This document shows positions 63,100 through 64,000 of a stretch of DNA of 64,000 nucleotides, in pieces (the first letter of the stretch is position 1; the number at the start of each line of letters is the position of its first letter). The stretch comes from an uncultured delta proteobacterium. Its GTDB lineage: Bacteria; Desulfobacterota; Syntrophia; Syntrophales; UBA2185. Where the stretch lies: the NCBI GenBank assembly GCA_963729715.1, contig CAVSPA010000004.1, positions 1 to 64,000 of the forward strand, read 5' to 3'. The position numbers and the translations under genes were made by a program. The notes below the pieces were generated by a model. It saw nothing but the letters and a program-made list of their open reading frames with translations. It had not been told where the DNA came from and did no database searches.

Positions 63100-64000
63100 A
63101 TGCCGAGTTATACGTACCAAGCCATAAATGAACGTGGAGCGACGATAAAGGGTGATATCGAGGCTGAGTCACGCGACAGCGCCTTAAACATGCTGGCTGA
63201 CAGGGGGTATATCCCGTCGAAAGTCACGGAGAAAGGGGCTGGTTTTGTCTTTGGCCAGTGGTCAAGAAGGCGGCTCAAGAACCCTCTCAAGCCTGCGGAT
63301 ATCATACTATTCACTAAACAGTTTAATTCACTGTTCAAGGCGGGAGTGCCTATAATCAGAGCGTTTCATGTTCTGGAGTCACAAACACAAAATAGTATTT
63401 TGAGAGAAGCCATCGCTTCCATGTCTCTGAACATCAAGCAGGGGTCCTCTCTTTACGGGGCCATGGAAAGACACGGTACGATATTCTCGCCATTATATGT
63501 AAGCATGATAAGGGCAGGCGAAATGAGCGGCACCGTTACAGAATCGCTTGAGCGTCTGATCTATATCATCGAACATGAAGCAAAAATCAAGGCTGACATC
63601 AAATCGGCATTGCAGTATCCTATTATGGTGACTGTTGCCCTTGTCGTTGCTTTTTTTGTGCTTCTGACTTTTGTTGTTCCCAAGTTCGCGGAGATGTTTT
63701 CCAGGTCGGGCATTGTTCTTCCCGTGCCGACGAGGATCGCCATCATGCTTTATAGTTTTTTGGCAAACTATTGGTATCTGTTAATCGTTTGCATCATCGG
63801 GCTTTTCGCCGGGCTGAGAATCTATTTAAAGACGGAAAAGGGGCAATATATGAAAGACACGCTTATCCTCAGCCTGCCTGTTATCGGTCCTCTATTCGTG
63901 AAGGCTGCCATGTCACGCTTTGCGAGCATCCTTGGAATGCTGCAGTCTTCCGGTGTTCCGGTGATGACGTCCATGAAAGTTTTATCAGGCATAATCGGTA
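63100..64000 (+). CDS. GspF/PilC/MshG inner-membrane platform protein (3'-truncated by window)
   Basis: MPSYTYQAINERG, FTKQFNSLFKAGVPI, AGEMSG, KSALQYP, FVVPKF, LPVPT; absent from the ORF track because there is no stop in the window. Confidence 0.93.
   Translation, partial: MPSYTYQAINERGATIKGDIEAESRDSALNMLADRGYIPSKVTEKGAGFVFGQWSRRRLKNPLKPADIILFTKQFNSLFKAGVPIIRAFHVLESQTQNSILREAIASMSLNIKQGSSLYGAMERHGTIFSPLYVSMIRAGEMSGTVTESLERLIYIIEHEAKIKADIKSALQYPIMVTVALVVAFFVLLTFVVPKFAEMFSRSGIVLPVPTRIAIMLYSFLANYWYLLIVCIIGLFAGLRIYLKTEKGQYMKDTLILSLPVIGPLFVKAAMSRFASILGMLQSSGVPVMTSMKVLSGIIG

Overview
A 64-kb bacterial chromosome segment. Gene content and order suggest Desulfobacterota/Deltaproteobacteria, probably Syntrophales-like (inference). 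Layout: (1) 1-7 kb: slt, trmFO, topA, a broken dprA and a secreted Ig-like protein; the first four carry frameshifts. (2) A tRNA cluster (Arg-TCT, His-GTG, Arg-TCG, Lys-CTT), then a ~16.3-kb decayed genomic island bounded by a perfect 47-bp repeat of the tRNA-Lys 3' half (7424-7470 and 23710-23756). The island has no integrase gene. It holds a complete class IIC group II intron, an IS21 remnant, an IS200 pseudogene, an intact IS110 with a candidate bridge RNA, an IS3, one canonical and two or three degenerate integron attC-like sites, a perfect 60-bp inverted repeat pair, and cargo that includes a DapF homolog with both catalytic Cys replaced by Ser. (3) 23.9-34.2 kb: a two-component/c-di-GMP signalling cluster with a 185-bp MITE inserted at a start codon. 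(4) 34.7-52.4 kb: housekeeping genes miaB, DUF151, xerC, hslVU, argBDFGH, lysA, dapA, dapB, folK, transaldolase, pgsA and tRNA-Gly/Cys. (5) 54.6-64 kb: an MSHA-like type IV pilus/T2SS assembly operon, cut by the window end. All calls come from motif recognition by eye; no database searches were run.
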